Below are positions 43,031 to 57,371 of a DNA stretch of 64,000 nucleotides, piece after piece; position 1 is the first letter of the stretch, and every line of letters begins with the position of its first letter. Location of the stretch: contig OX597832.1 of the NCBI GenBank assembly GCA_951406725.2, positions 9,362,001 through 9,426,000 of the forward strand, in the 5' to 3' direction. The notes beneath the pieces were generated by a model. It saw nothing but the letters and a program-made list of their open reading frames with translations, was not told where the DNA came from and searched no databases. The stretch is from Octopus vulgaris. Lineage: Eukaryota. A program made the position numbers and the translations under genes.

Positions 43031-43527
43031 AAGGGTGGATATGAAGCCCTGACTTTCTTCGTGAAGTTGAGTCCCACATGAGAATATCCCCTGTCTTACA
43101 AAACTGTTAAGGTTTATGCAGTAGCTTAACGCTATCTGAACTCTAAAAGTATTCGCAATTTAGGAGAGGGTGTAGTGATGAGTTAAACCTTGTATATAAG
43201 TAATAGTTTGTTTAAATGTAGTTTGGTTGTCAGTATATCTGCCGTTATACATGAAATGCTGGGGAGAAAATGCTTGAAGCATAAAAAGCACTTGCGTAAC
43301 TAAAACCCGAAAAGCTGTGGAATTAAATTAACGAATTGAAATAATATAATTTAGCAAATGAAAACGATTCGTATTGAAATGCAGAATTAGGAAATGCTAA
43401 TGAGATTTCAGTTCATATGATGTCTGTTTATAGAATGAAAGACTTTCGTCGAATTTCGGCATTTTTTCTTCAAATTGAAATCTATATTAATTGGTAGGAC
43501 CAATTTGAAGAAAACAATGAAGAGAGT

Positions 43528-43904
43528 CTAGTAGCAAACCCGTGCTGTCGTCATTTTTGTATATGTGCTTAAAGAAATGTATTTGTCGCAACACATGTGT
43601 AGCGTATATTCCATCTGTGTATACAATTAGAAGAAAATCGGTTGAAAACTTTAAATGTTACGGCAGAAAATATCATACGTATGAGAATTTGTATTGAAAT
43701 GTCGTACTGATGTTTGAATAAACAATGCTGATTAAAAATTATCTTGCTTGAAATTCTAAGTGCCTAAGTAACCACATGGGCATAAGCACCTCACGCGTGT
43801 CAACTCTCATCAGGATCGGTTGGATAGTCTCGGAGGAGAAAATTGAGAAATATTCACAAACACACACAAAACCACAGACAAAAATTACCATTTATGTATA
43901 CAGA
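43528..43904 (-). mobile_element. Putative non-autonomous Helitron-like repeat (copy B)
   Basis: Minus strand begins A|TC at ~43904 and ends CTAG at 43528; shares ~240 bp with copy A. Confidence 0.45.
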
Positions 43905-43989
43905 TTTACATACATGCAAACGTACATACATGCATGTATACATGCATACGTACATACATACATAGATACATACATACATACATACATAC

Positions 43990-44052
<63 letters not shown>

Positions 44053-44998
44053 AGTGTGTGTGTGTATGTGTGTGTATGTGTGTGCATGTATATGTATATA
44101 TACGTGTGACAGAGAGAGAGATTCATATATATATATATATGCATGTGTTTGTATGTGTGTGTGTCTGTGTGTGCATGTGTATGTATATATACGTGTGAAA
44201 GAGAGAGAGAGAGATTCATATATATATATTTATGTGTGTGTGTGTCTGTGTTTGCGTGTGTGTGTGTCGTGTGTGTATATGTGTATATAAGTTCTTATTT
44301 TTGCTTAATGATATGCATCTGTTCAAGTAGAGAAAAAAGAAAAGTGTGTTATTTCTAAGAATAATTGCGCGAATGAATACAAATAGAGGCAAATTAAAAA
44401 GAAAATGCACAACGTCGATATGGGGAAAAAGAAAAATTTGTAAACGTATAAATGCAAAATAATGAATTGCTCTCAATTAAAATAACACTTAAAGCTGACA
44501 TACACATCTTCTTGTCATAGAAAAAATATGTAATCATAATCAGTTTTATTTCTGTTGATTCTTTATTTCATATATTTTTCTGTGTAAGCTTTCGACGATA
44601 ATAATCGTGAAAAAGCTGTCAGCATTTAAAATGCGTAGTATTAACAACTATAATCTACTTTATATATTATAAAGCTTACTTGATGCCAAGTTGTTGTCAA
44701 ACCAATTATATTACATTTACAAATAAATTCTCATCACCCAACATTTCATGAATGACATTTCATTTTTCAGTATGATATATTCATTGGAATTTACATAAAC
44801 CCCTATTTTACAATGAATCTGTTGTAGTATGTGTCTAATAACATTACGAAAATAACATGCCATCGAGAGTTTTGTAGGATTACACAATTCTGTTTATCTC
44901 TCCCCCACCGAGTTTCACTCTGAATATATGTAGCTGCATATATAGTAAGCGAGTTATCTCTCTGTATCTTTGCCACTCTACTTTTACCATATCTCTCC

Positions 44999-45037
<39 letters not shown>

Positions 45038-45041
<4 letters not shown>

Positions 45042-45272
45042 ATTGGCCAAAAGTCACCTGAGAGTAAATCAAGACCATATAATTCCAGGAATTATTTATA
45101 TCTAACAACTAAATGGATATAATAAAAAAACATCTAAATATGAAACATCATGAAAATTGTTCAAACCCAAGTCCTTCTTGAGCGAGATATTTTTCCATTC
45201 GAAGCAACACAGAATTCCAAATGGTATTTATGCAATTTTGATTTATTGTCTAGTGACTTTTGGGTAACCCTA
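45038..45272. mobile_element. Tc1/mariner-type MITE
   Basis: ~35-bp imperfect TIRs taggattggccaaaagtcacctgagagtaaatcaa / tagggttacccaaaagtcactagacaataaatcaa in a TA context. Confidence 0.75.
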
Positions 45273-45536
45273 TATAAATATGTATATACATATTTATATT
45301 AGTGTGTGTATTTGTGTGTGTCTGCTATGTGTGTGTTTGCGTGTGTGTTTGTGCGTGCGTGTGTGTGTATACTAGACTAAGTGTTCGTTGGGTGAAAGAA
45401 CGTAGGAATTCAAATACTACATCTGTTCTCAAACTCCTGCTTATCTACCCTTCATATATGTATATGTATATATCTATGTATGAATGTAAGTATGTATGTA
45501 TATATATATATGTATGTATGTGTGTATGTGTGTGTG

Positions 45537-46520
45537 TGGAACTAATAGCCTGCCAAAGAGTAATCGCGTGCCTGGAATACAAGTACTTGCTGGCTGACAC
45601 CCAGCATAGATTTCGACGAGGAAGAAGTTGCCTAAAATACGACTGGGTGACAAAACAGTTGTTAAATGATTCAAGTGTGGGTTGATATATCTAAAGTTTT
45701 CAAAAGCCCTGCTTTACCATCATACAAAGCTGAACGACATGCAGACAAAATACACTGGCCAGGTAGGAATTGCAATATTATTAAATTATTAAAAAATCAG
45801 TGCTTGTCCTGAACGTTAATATGAGCATTGATGCATCTTTACATGTGCACATTATCAATTTGGAAATAAAATGCAGGTAGCAACCTGATGGATACTTCGA
45901 ACTTTCCAATCAAGAGAAAAGGAGATAATGCTGGTCCTTTGGAGGACATATGTTCTCAGCCGCTTGCACTACTGCTCCCAACTATGGTCACCACACACTA
46001 TAAAATTAAGGGTGGAGCTCGAAGCACTCCAAATAATCTACACCAAAAGATCGTCTCAGTGCCACATATCGCTTATTTGGAAGGCCGAAAGAATTAAAGC
46101 TCTTCTCCTTAGAACGAAGCGGGGAAAGATATGCAGTGAGATACAACTGGGAAATCATGGAAGGCCTTGTACTTTGGCATTGAAATTTACACAGACAGCA
46201 GAACGCGGCGCCACTGCATAGTGCCAAAGATCGCAGTATCTCCATCAAGTCACAGGAACGGATACAGGAAAAGCTTCAGTTTCAAGGGCCCACAGCTATT
46301 CAGTATTCTTCCAGAATGACAGCTAGACCTGCATAGTGTGGATGTAGGTGTCATCAAAACAAACCCAGATCTCTTCTCACAGTAGGAAACGCAGATGTGG
46401 GCGGCGGTATCAAACTCCCTCATTCACCAAATGCCATACATCAGAGGAGGTTTCAAATAACGGTGTAGCATAGTCAACGGTAGTGTCCCAGCAAAACCGC
46501 AGTTACGAAGCTAATATCAT
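45537..46520 (+). mobile_element. Second CR1/L2-group LINE remnant (internally deleted)
   Basis: LADTQHRFRRGRSC (RT motif) and [23 protein letters not shown]..; 3' region homologous to 5321-5950. Confidence 0.85.
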
Positions 46521-46598
46521 ATAAATATTTTAAGATACACACGCACATACTCACACACACGTACACACACACGCGCGCGCACGCGCACACATATATCT

Positions 46599-47003
46599 CT
46601 CTCTTTTACTCTTTTACTTGTTTCACTCATTTGACTGGTGTCCTGCTGGAGCACCGCCTTTAATCGAGCAACTCGACCCCGGGACATATTCTTTCTAAGC
46701 CCAGTACTTATACTATCGGTCTCTTTTTGCCGCTAAGTGAAAGGGACATAAACTCACCAGCATTGGTTGCCAAGCAATGCTAGGGGGACAAACACAGACA
46801 CACAAACATACACGCACATATACATATATATACATATATACGACGGGCTTCTTTCAGTTTCCGTCTACCAAATCCACTCACAAGGCTTTGGTCGGCCCGA
46901 GGCTATAGTAGAAGACACTTGCCTAAGGTGCCACGCAGTGGGACTGAACCCGGAACCATGTGGTTGGTAAGCAAGCTACTTACCACACATCCACTCCTTC
47001 GCC
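46599..47003 (-). mobile_element. SINE family 1 full-length copy
   Basis: Reverse complement of 24522-24955. Confidence 0.9.
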
Positions 47004-47254
47004 TATATATATATATTTTACTCATAGAAATTCAAACTTTGTCAGATTTTCCTGTTTTATTCATAATCTTATAATAATATAAGATATATATTATAATAAA
47101 ATGATATGATAGAATATTAAATGTCCATTCTGATTAATTTAGTACTTTCATGCATTAACTATGCAATCTTTAGGTTCATGTAATAGTGGTGACAGTTATG
47201 TTTTACAATTTGTAAAGAGAATTGAATGCCCCAGATAAAGAGAATTGAATATCC

Positions 47255-47622
47255 CAGATAATTGACATTGCAATCTCAAATGATGAAAACATTATATGAG
47301 AAATATGAAAAAAATAACAAAATACCAGGAACTATCTATTGAATTATTAAGACAATAGAAAGTGCCGGTTAAAATGTATCCCAGTGCATTGGAAACTATC
47401 TCTGAGAATCTGAACAGATGGTTAGAGGAATTTCTATAAAACCCAGGTTAGTACAGCTCCAGAAATCTATGACAGTTAGGAAATTTGACATCTAAGTTTA
47501 CTTGCTGTAGCTCGATCGGAGTGTTCTTGGAATATAAATTTAATCGTAGCCGATGTTAGAAGTTGTATTTCTTTTCCAAAATCTAATCTGTTGATTTTAT
47601 ATGAACATAATAATAATGATAA
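47255..47622 (+). mobile_element. RLE-type non-LTR retrotransposon 3' end (R4/Dong-like)
   Basis: IIDIAISNDENI..KITKYQELSIELLRQ*..ALETISENLNRWLEE..LQKS, a PD-(D/E)xK endonuclease; short AAT tail. Confidence 0.7.
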
Positions 47623-48009
47623 TTAACATGCAGTGTCTTTCATGGCTAATAAACTTAAGTGATTAGAAGTGTCATCATGTACACGTTTTGTTTTGCTATA
47701 TATAAAAAAACCTGGTGACAGCAAATCGTTCAATGTCATAGATGTGCTCGTCAGTTGTTTGGCCTTAACCAGTTGAACATGTCTGTTGGTGGCCGATATG
47801 TGCATCTCTGATCATGAGCAGAAGTTGTAGGGGAACATCATAACCATGTGATGAGAGGAATTTTCTGCGTTTTGAATAATTCATCTCTGAAAACATTGGT
47901 GTTTCGTTCAACACCTTTAAGCAATCCATATTCAGGAACATTTTGAGCGGGATGGGATACTCGTCCTGAAGATAATTCTAACTGGCCCCACCTGAAAGTT
48001 CATGCGAAG

Positions 48010-48349
48010 AAAAAAAAACAATTACAATCCCCTAACATTTGAAATGCGAAGAATTTGGAGGATGCGAACTGTAATGGTCGGGCCTATAATAATTGGGGCG
48101 CTGAGATTAGTAAGACAAGGTATAGACAAATGGCTGAGGGAAACTGAGATAGTGCTGCTAGAGCTCCTACAGAAGGTTTTTCTCTTAGAGACAGCAAGGA
48201 TTATCAGGAGTGTCCTAAGCACTGGAAAAACTGCGTAAAACTTGTGGAAACTTAATGTTACATCTATTAACCCGCTCTCCACATACTCCATACAGGACAG
48301 AACACCGAACCTGAGACTAACCAATAATAATAGTAATAATAATAATAAC

Positions 48350-48389
<40 letters not shown>

Positions 48390-48405
48390 GCAACAACAAC
48401 AACAA
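48010..48405 (+). mobile_element. Second RLE-type non-LTR 3' end with (AAT)n tail
   Basis: YNPLTFEMRRIWRMRTVMVGPIIIGALRLV..KWL..LLQKVFLLETARIIRSVL, then a UTR and (AAT/AAC)n. Confidence 0.8.
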
Positions 48406-48764
48406 TAAAAATGTACACAAGTATATATATTGTGTACATATAAATAGTATAGTGTGTGTAATGGTAATGTAAAGTGTGCATATCGATAATGTACATAAAT
48501 ATATAGCTATTTATATGCCTATTAATATACTTAAGTGTACGGTTGAGTTACTCCGTATAAATGTAAAGAATGGGCAGATTTTAAGAATAGGGGACGATTG
48601 TCAGTCTGAAATGTGGTTGTATACGTAATATGTATGTTTGTGGGGTGGTGCGATTATATGCATGAACACTAGAGCGTAACATGCAAAAAGATATGTGAAA
48701 TTATTGAGTGGTGAGTAACATTCATTTTTCATTATCAGAAGCATCGAAATTGGGGAAAGGATAA

Positions 48765-49080
48765 AGACCCCCGTCCATATGGTCATGAATTACCATGGGA
48801 TTGCACCTAGAAAGCTAACCTCATAGGCTAAGCCAGTGAGTTGTTTGTGGAAGACCATGCACATGCCTCGCCTTTCCACGCCAGTTCACCGATGTTGTCC
48901 AAGGTCGATACAGTATGGCACAAATGGCGTCGTAAATAACTTCTACATCTGAGTGAACTGGAAGAATGAGGAAAATTATATTCCTCAGCAATACAGTAAA
49001 GCGTACAGGCCAATTCGGGAATCGAACTTACCACCTCATTAACGGTGGCTGCAAGGTTCCTACCACTGAGCCATGCACCG
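48765..49080 (-). mobile_element. tRNA-derived SINE family 3
   Basis: Minus head GGTGCATGGCTCAGTGG (A box)..AGTTCGATTCCC (B box). Confidence 0.75.
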
Positions 49081-49317
49081 TTGCAATAATGCCGAATGTA
49101 AAATATAAACAAATCCATGAATTTTAACGCGGAAAAATTGTTTAAAACAAACCTAATTTTAATTTATGTCAGTTTAAAAGAGAATAACAAGACACAAGAG
49201 GGAAACCTAACGAGAATAAATAGTTTATGGAATATTGCAAAATGACTGATATTTTCTTTTATATATATTCTTTTTCTGGATTCAATTGATAACAAGATCT
49301 GCGTACCAATACTATAC

Positions 49318-49437
<120 letters not shown>

Positions 49438-50934
49438 ATGTATCGATCTGATAAATGATGTGTTTAAATAATTTAATTTCAATTTTATGTATTTCGTCTC
49501 GGGTACTTAGTTTTAGTAATTCACATTTTTTTTTCTCCATCTGAAAATACAAAAATATATATTTTGGCAGAACACTGTTTAGTGGCATTCATAAAAATGC
49601 TTTGTATATAATCTATTTAATGTTCGCCATTTCTGTCATATAATATTTTTCGCAAAAATCACTAGTAAATATTTATGTAGAGTTAAAATATATACACATA
49701 TAAAACATCTATATAAATATGTGAATGCGTTTGTAAGTGTGTGTGTGTGTGTGTGTGTACACTCATCTTAAATATCTTCATAACAAATTCTGTTATAGCT
49801 CCGAGCAATTTGATATATTTCATTCTCCCTTCCCATGGTCTGGATACTGCATATCTACGGATAAAACAGTACAATTCCTCTCATATAAACACCGATTAAT
49901 ATTACGTTAGAGCATATATACGTGCATCCACGTATGATTGTCTTTGGGTTTGTGTGACTTTGAATATGTGTGTATGTGTAAATGTAAGTACTGATAATGA
50001 TGTACATCTATATACAAATGCACACAAAAGACATGGGAACGTAGCAAGTTATGTCAACATCTACGATGTATTAACGTAATGTTTGAGCTGAAGTAATATA
50101 TTAAATCAACTGTAAAAATATAGAAATCGCAGGATTATAATTTTCTCGGTAAAGCAAAAATGAAATATTTCATGAATTTTTACAAGTATGCACGACTAGA
50201 TACACGCTGGCAAACGCACGCAATCACACAGACACACAGACACACATATATAATGCTGCTTTTTCAAAAAAGCTTTATATACGTTCGTGTGTGTGTGTGT
50301 GTGTGTGTGTCTGATTTTTGTTCCGTTTGTGCTGCAGATGCGTCTAACTTTCCCCTTTTCCTTGTTTTTAATATTTTCCCTTACATTCAGGATTGTATCT
50401 GTGTTCGTTGTCTCTGTCTTTCTCTGTCTGTCTCTCTCTCTCCCTCTCACTTTCTCTCTCTGAAAACTTATATATAAGTGTGTGTATATATGTATGTATA
50501 TCTATATATGTTTGTGCGTGTGTGTGTATACATATTTTACGTCGCTTGTAGTGTCACGTATGTGTTTTATTACATCCATAACACGACAGTATAATGGTGC
50601 CTTTAGCAATTATATAGTTCGATAAATTTATTTTACATATTTCAATTTTTTCAACATAAAATTTCAACATAAAATTGTAAACCTTTATTTCTAGTCCTCT
50701 TCAATTATATTTTTCAGTTATTTTTCAGATTTTAATAACTTTTCTCATGCATATATCAAAATAAAACTATATTTATTTATTTAGGAAATTGTTCTTAAAG
50801 TTACAATATTTCTTTTTCATCAATTTTAAACATTGTTTGCATGTCAGCGATACGTATATACTGATTTATGCTCCATATCGTAATAATTGCCGAAGGAGAC
50901 AGAACAACACTTACACACTATATCTATATATTCA

Positions 50935-50990
<56 letters not shown>

Positions 50991-50994
50991 TATG

Positions 50995-51034
<40 letters not shown>

Positions 51035-51038
<4 letters not shown>

Positions 51039-51230
51039 GCGTGATAGATCGCTAGCCACTGTACCATTGTTTCTAGTTTTTCTCCCCGTTTATTTTCGTG
51101 TTCCTTTCTGTCGAAGAGCGTAGGCTCGAAACGTAAAAAGCTTTCTCACTTCCCGAGCGTTAAACTAATACATTTTGTGGTGTTTACACACTGGTCTTCG
51201 TCTTTTTTTTTTGGGGGGGGGAATTCTCAC
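51035..51230 (+). mobile_element. HHR mini-element copy inside (TA)n
   Basis: Homologous to 29478-29686 (GATCGCTAGC..GAAGAGCGTAGGCTCGAAACGTAAAA..ACTAATACA..CTTCGTCTTTT); (TA)n on both sides. Confidence 0.8.
51104..51140 (+). ncRNA. Minimal type I hammerhead with A6U core variant
   Basis: UUU-CUGUCGA-A-GAGC-GUAG-GCUC-GAAA-CG-UA-AAA. Confidence 0.6.
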
Positions 51231-51232
51231 TA

Positions 51233-51299
<67 letters not shown>

Positions 51300-51329
51300 A
51301 TATGTATGTATGTATGTATGTATATATAC

Positions 51330-51405
<76 letters not shown>

Positions 51406-51419
51406 CTGTACATATGTAT

Positions 51420-51760
51420 TCTTTTATCCTTTTACTTGTTTCAATTATTTGTCTGTAGCCTTGATGGAGCACTGCCTTTGCTCGGACGAGTCGACCTCAG
51501 GACTTATTCTTTATAAACCTGGTGCTGTTTGCATCGGCTCTTTTGTCAAACTGTTAAGTTACGTCGACTTTACACACCAACAGCAACTATTGCTACGAGA
51601 TGGTAGACGAACAAACACAGACACACAAATATATATATATATATATATGTATGTATATATATATGTGACGGGCGTCTTTCAGTTTATGTCTACCAAATCC
51701 ATTCAAAAGACTCTGGCCGGTCAAAGGCTATAGCAGAAGAGACCTGCACATGGTGCCATG
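51420..51760 (-). mobile_element. SINE family 1 degenerate copy
   Basis: CTTTTACTTGTTTCA..GGACTTATTCTTT..CTACCAAATCCA..GGCTATAGCAGAAGA. Confidence 0.8.
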
Positions 51761-52599
51761 TATATATGTCTATATACATATATGTAGACACAGGAAGATA
51801 GCTATGTACTTATACACACACATTTGTATGTATGCATTCTGCATGTATTTCAACTTTGAGTATTGTTACACATGTGAATATATGTGCGTATACTTGCAAA
51901 TAGATGTGTAAATTTATGGGTCACTGTTTTTATGCTTTCTTATGCACTAACTCTCAACAGAAAGACTGTTTGAGCGATAAAACTTAGCCATCTCTCTTCT
52001 GTATTTCTCTTTCGTACTTGTATTTTTTGTCTTGTATAATTATTCTTTTCCTTCTACATATATACGTTTATGTTTGCATGAGGGACGAAAATATATTTTG
52101 GATTGTGTGTGTACCAGTGGAGACGAGTCCCTGTATGCATTAGGATTATTAAAGAATAAATAAGGATAGCAATGCTATTGTGGAGGAAACAGACTATAGT
52201 TCATTATTACCTTTCGATGCTCAAATCACCGATTCATCACAGCAACACAAGTCTGTAGGAGCCGTTATAAATCTTAGTTTTGCGTCCACAAAACTTTCCA
52301 GTATCTCTAAATCTGGAACGCCAATACGCTAGTATATTTGTAACATATGTACTTTACTACGCCTACTCTGATTGCATTCTCGAAAGCATTCTTCAGTTGA
52401 AATATATCTATCTTTTATCTTCCTAAGGAAAGAAAACACATTACTTACATCAAGAAACATATTAACAAAGTATCATTGCACAATGTTCCGCCCCATTCCT
52501 CGTCAGGAATTGAATGTTGATAACATGTTTCAAATCTCACCATGTGTTGAGTCTCACTCATTACTAGCATCATTGCAGAATAAACATATAGCGGGCATC

Positions 52600-52900
52600 G
52601 TTTTCACAAAACTGGCCCTCTCTTCAAAGTCACAAGATTGATCATGATAATCAAGCAACTGCATATATGGGTCACGATGAAATATTTTTCTTACATCTGG
52701 GGTCATTGAGCTGCTGCACACACAGCGTATTCACATTAGACGTCTAAGACTGATCAGATTAGAATCAGTGAAAGGCGCGTCTCCATCTCGTATTGCGGCG
52801 TCTGCTGTGAATGGAATCGTGCAAACAGACCACTACTCCTTCGATCGATCGAGATTTATACCATCGTCTTTCAGTGACTTCCAAGATACTCATCACTTCC
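52600..52900 (-). mobile_element. Possible very degenerate LINE APE-endonuclease fragment
   Basis: Minus strand SILEVTERRW and LIIM..CDFEER loosely echo the ILGxSExRW and GDFNA motifs. Confidence 0.25.
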
Positions 52901-54339
52901 GCTCTCAAACCTGATGTTTTGACCTAACTATACTCTATCCCAAACTACATCTGATGAGTACTACTGAAAACTTGATCCCTTCGAAATTGACTGTCTACTC
53001 TAGTGTTTTCACTGGCGCTCATTTACAAATATTCATGAGAGACAATACACATTTCCGAAAAACCAATATTAACGGTTCGTGAAGGTTTGCACAACCCATG
53101 ATTCCTAACATTTTGGCAGTAACCCATAGGCGAAGAGAAAATCTCTGCTTTAAGCTGATCTTTTCAGCGTACCTTCGATTCTTTGTAACGCATTTTAATA
53201 TAGCCATCTCGTCACCTGAAACAAAAACAATATTAAACATATATATGCATGAATACACATACACATACAAATGTCTGAGATATCTTTTGACCCATTTGTG
53301 GATATCACTTAAAATTTTCAAATCTTCTGAATGATTCATCACAATAGAAAACAATATGTCATTCACTGGTGGTAACAGTGTGATAGATGTCACATTTCTT
53401 CAGTTGAATACCTATGTAAAGAAACATTTGAAGGAACATTACACACAAAAAAATGAAAAAAAATATATTTCGTGTGTCACGTGGAAAGAAATACAATGTA
53501 AAATAACACAAATACAATTCTGTAAAAAGCCCCAAAAAAAGAAACAGAACAAAAAAAAGCAACACCCGCGCATACGCACACAGACACACGAGCACATAGC
53601 TAAATACATTTGAACTAACAATACGGACAACGATGAAAAACTAACGCCTACTAACACAAAGCAACTCATTTGAGTTTTTCTCGTTGTCGGCTTCTTCCTT
53701 TCCTGATAATGACCCCCATTACGGTTTCATAGTCAGAACGTTTAGATTCTCATGATAGAGAATATAATCCATCAACATATTCTGATTTCTGAAGCAAAGT
53801 TATTCATATTTACAATAGAGCTTACATTACTTTATAAACTTGGACGATAGGAGGAAAATTTTAAAGTTATGTTTAACTTTTTTTTCTTAGTTTCTTGTAT
53901 AAAGCATAAGATTTCTAACAAAGAGTAATGATAAATATAACAAAAGGAAAATCTAACTATCTCGTACAATAATGGAGAGGTTGTCACATTAGAAATATTT
54001 AAGATGTTCTGAAGTGCCAAATATAAGTATGTATGTCATCCTGTATTAGCTCGCGTGTGCGTATATATATGTGTGAGTATCCGTGTGTGTGTGTGTGTGT
54101 GTGCGTTTACCTGAGTACATAGGTATGTATGTACATAAGTATGTATGTATGCAATCCTGTGCAAGCGTGAGAACGGATGTGCACCTATATGTGATGCACT
54201 TGTAAGCGCTTGTAAAAAGACTTATGTATATCTCTGCATCTATCTAACTTCCCAAGATCCACCCACACACACACACATATATGCGTATATGAATAAGTAT
54301 GTATGTATGTATATATATATATATATATATATGTGTGTA

Positions 54340-54372
<33 letters not shown>

Positions 54373-54431
54373 GTATATATATATATACATATGTATATAT
54401 ATACAAATATATATATGTACATTTATATATT

Positions 54432-54475
<44 letters not shown>

Positions 54476-54944
54476 AATCTAAAAAGCCTTGTATATATAA
54501 ATATATATATATATATGTTTCTAGATAGACACACACAAAGAACCACATGCACACACGTACATACACATCCCCCAAAAATCAAGCACGCACGCCCACACAA
54601 TTACACACACACATACAAACACACGCATACACACATTTATATACATATGTATATATATATATATACACATAAATATTGATAGATCCATTGTATGCATGCG
54701 TATAACAATCTTACTAAACGGGTCTATATAAGCGTATGTGTATTCAAGTATACAGACGGCGGAAAGTGCTGAGAAACAATACTCTCAAAAAAAAGCTCAC
54801 AAATATATGTATATGGAACGCAATGCAGTTCCACAGATTTTAAGATGGTCTACATCATAGTTCATATGATATATATGTATATGTGTGTGCGTGTATGTAT
54901 GTGTGTATGTGTATGTATGTGTGTTGTGTGTCTGATTGTGTGGG

Positions 54945-54983
<39 letters not shown>

Positions 54984-55223
54984 ACACACACTCTTTAAAT
55001 ATATTCCCAACTCGTAATTGTATACCGTGTGGTTAATGTTATGATACTAAAATAATGTTGCATATGTCTTCCAGTTTTTTCTGCTGTTTTTGCTGATTTT
55101 TTTCTTGACAGTTAGTATTTTATCAGCTTAACAGAAGTAAACGAAATGGCTTCTGTGATGGGGTTCCTTGATGCCTTTTAGGAGAATTGTGCAACGAAAT
55201 TTGATTGGCACCTGTAAACATAC

Positions 55224-55272
<49 letters not shown>

Positions 55273-55328
55273 CATACATTTATACATATATATATAAAAG
55301 GTGGGAGAGAGAGAGAGAGGAAATTGTC

Positions 55329-55385
<57 letters not shown>

Positions 55386-55862
55386 GTTCATATATCCCTA
55401 TCTTTTCAACAAGCCTGGTAGTGAAAAGTCCTGAATGACATATGATATATTTACAATTAAGGTAAGAAAAAGTGGGGAATGCGGAGGGGGCAAGAAAATA
55501 TATAGAGAGCAAATACTTTTGTAAATATTTTCGCAATTTTCCTTATTTTACAGACATATTCCAAAATTGAAATCGATAGCGTAGTGTTCCACGTCATAGG
55601 TATCTAGTTGTACAGTGCGCAGTGGGGAGAAGTCTAAAGTAAGTTTATGCTTTGAATATTCTGCATCTTAGCAATAAACACAAAATTTTTATTATGAAGA
55701 TATATTAACACATTCGTTTTCTGTCTATTTCCAATCACCCCGCTTCTCTTGTATTTCAACCATCAGTCTTCTGCAGTACTTCAACAGAATAACGGGAGAG
55801 GTTTCGAAATCGTAAACACAAAGAAGCCCATGATATACATACAAACGAACACACACACACAA

Positions 55863-55938
<76 letters not shown>

Positions 55939-55954
55939 TTCTATCTATTATATA

Positions 55955-56270
55955 TATGATGGCTGTCCACTCGTGACCGAGGAAGACAACTACTCAACTT
56001 CAAGAACATTGTGCGCACTAGGACCAACTTATATTTTGCATTTGCAGCTCCGATGGTGGCTAATGAGCCATGGTCTTGAGAAGCATAGCCGACTCCAAAC
56101 ATTGCAAACCAATCTTTCCCCATTCACTACAATAGCAGTGCGCTTCCGAGCAACACACTTAATTCTTTCCTGCAGAATACGTGCTCTCACAAAAGCGTCG
56201 ATCTCTTCTTAACTTGCTTTCGCCATCTGTGGCGATGGCAAGCATTGCTCTCCCAGACAGTCTCATGCAT
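55955..56270 (-). mobile_element. RTE-clade LINE 3' end
   Basis: Minus strand WESNACHRHRWRKQV..LVCNVWSRLCFSRPWLISHHRSC matches the RTE C-terminal zinc finger (CxxC..CxSRxGLxSHxR). Confidence 0.8.
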
Positions 56271-56583
56271 ACCATAGGCCTTTAATGAAGTCATGACAGA
56301 GCCCTTAAATTACAGCCCTTAAATTTCTGTCGGGGTTTCTTTTTGTTAACAAGTTCCCTATATAGCATCTGTTTAGGGATCCTGCTATTATTAATTCTAG
56401 TAACCGGTGCTTGTGCACAATCGCGTCAAATACACAAGCTATCACCTGTCCTCAGAACCTGTGTGTCTGGAGATTTCAAGGTCAATCAAAAATTCAGAAT
56501 GTGTCTCAGACATGTCTGATGAAAGCGTTCAAGGACACTTATATTGTTCCCTAGAGTAGTGGAAGAATTGTTTTAACCTTCGA

Positions 56584-56802
56584 ATGACGCCACCCCGTTG
56601 GATAAGCGAACAGGTTAACAGAAGAAAGAGTGAGAGAAAACGTGGTGAAAGAGTACAGCAGGATCACCACCCCCTGCTGGAGACTCGGGGAGCTTTTAGG
56701 TGTTTTCGCTCAAAAAACACTCACAACGCCCGGTCTGGGAATCGAAACCGCGATCCTACGACTGCGAGTCCGTTGCCCTAACCACTGGGCCACTGCGCCT
56801 CC
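56584..56802 (-). mobile_element. tRNA-derived SINE family 4
   Basis: Minus head GGAGGCGCAGTGGCCCAGTGG (A box)..GGTTTCGATTCCC (B box). Confidence 0.85.
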
Positions 56803-56818
56803 ACATTTCTCTCTCTCT

Positions 56819-56963
<145 letters not shown>

Positions 56964-57260
56964 GATAAGAGTAAATAATTTCTATAAAGGCTTTTAAAAA
57001 AAAAACAATTATTTACTGGTAGAATTCGGTATGTAAATATAGCCGATTACCGGCAGGAACTTCTGTGAAGTTCAGTATATATATTGTATATAAGAAAAAG
57101 GGACAGGCAAAACAGGTTGCTTGACCGCATACCGAAAAAATAGAAATAGCAGTCAAGAATGCTTATTTCTATCAAAGTTGGACTCCGGGCATGACAGACC
57201 CTGTAATTCACATATGCAAAACAGAAGGAATAGATAACGAATACGAAGTCTGGCGGTTAT

Positions 57261-57371
57261 CTGTGAACATCATGTTTCTGGATTATAAACATATTGAATA
57301 TATATTCCATATATTTTTGATATATATTTCATATATATTGCAAATATATTTCACATCCTTCTTCAGCACAG
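57261..57371 (-). ncRNA. Type I hammerhead, long stem II (inverted copy)
   Basis: Reverse complement of 57874-57984. Confidence 0.7.

Noticed and set aside
47715-48005. Probable interspersed repeat containing TCGTCAG and CTGAAGA
   Set aside because: Single copy in the window, no HHR stems, cannot be classified from sequence alone
52945-52980. CTGATGAGTACTACTGAAA
   Set aside because: Stems I and III cannot form and the stem II register is wrong
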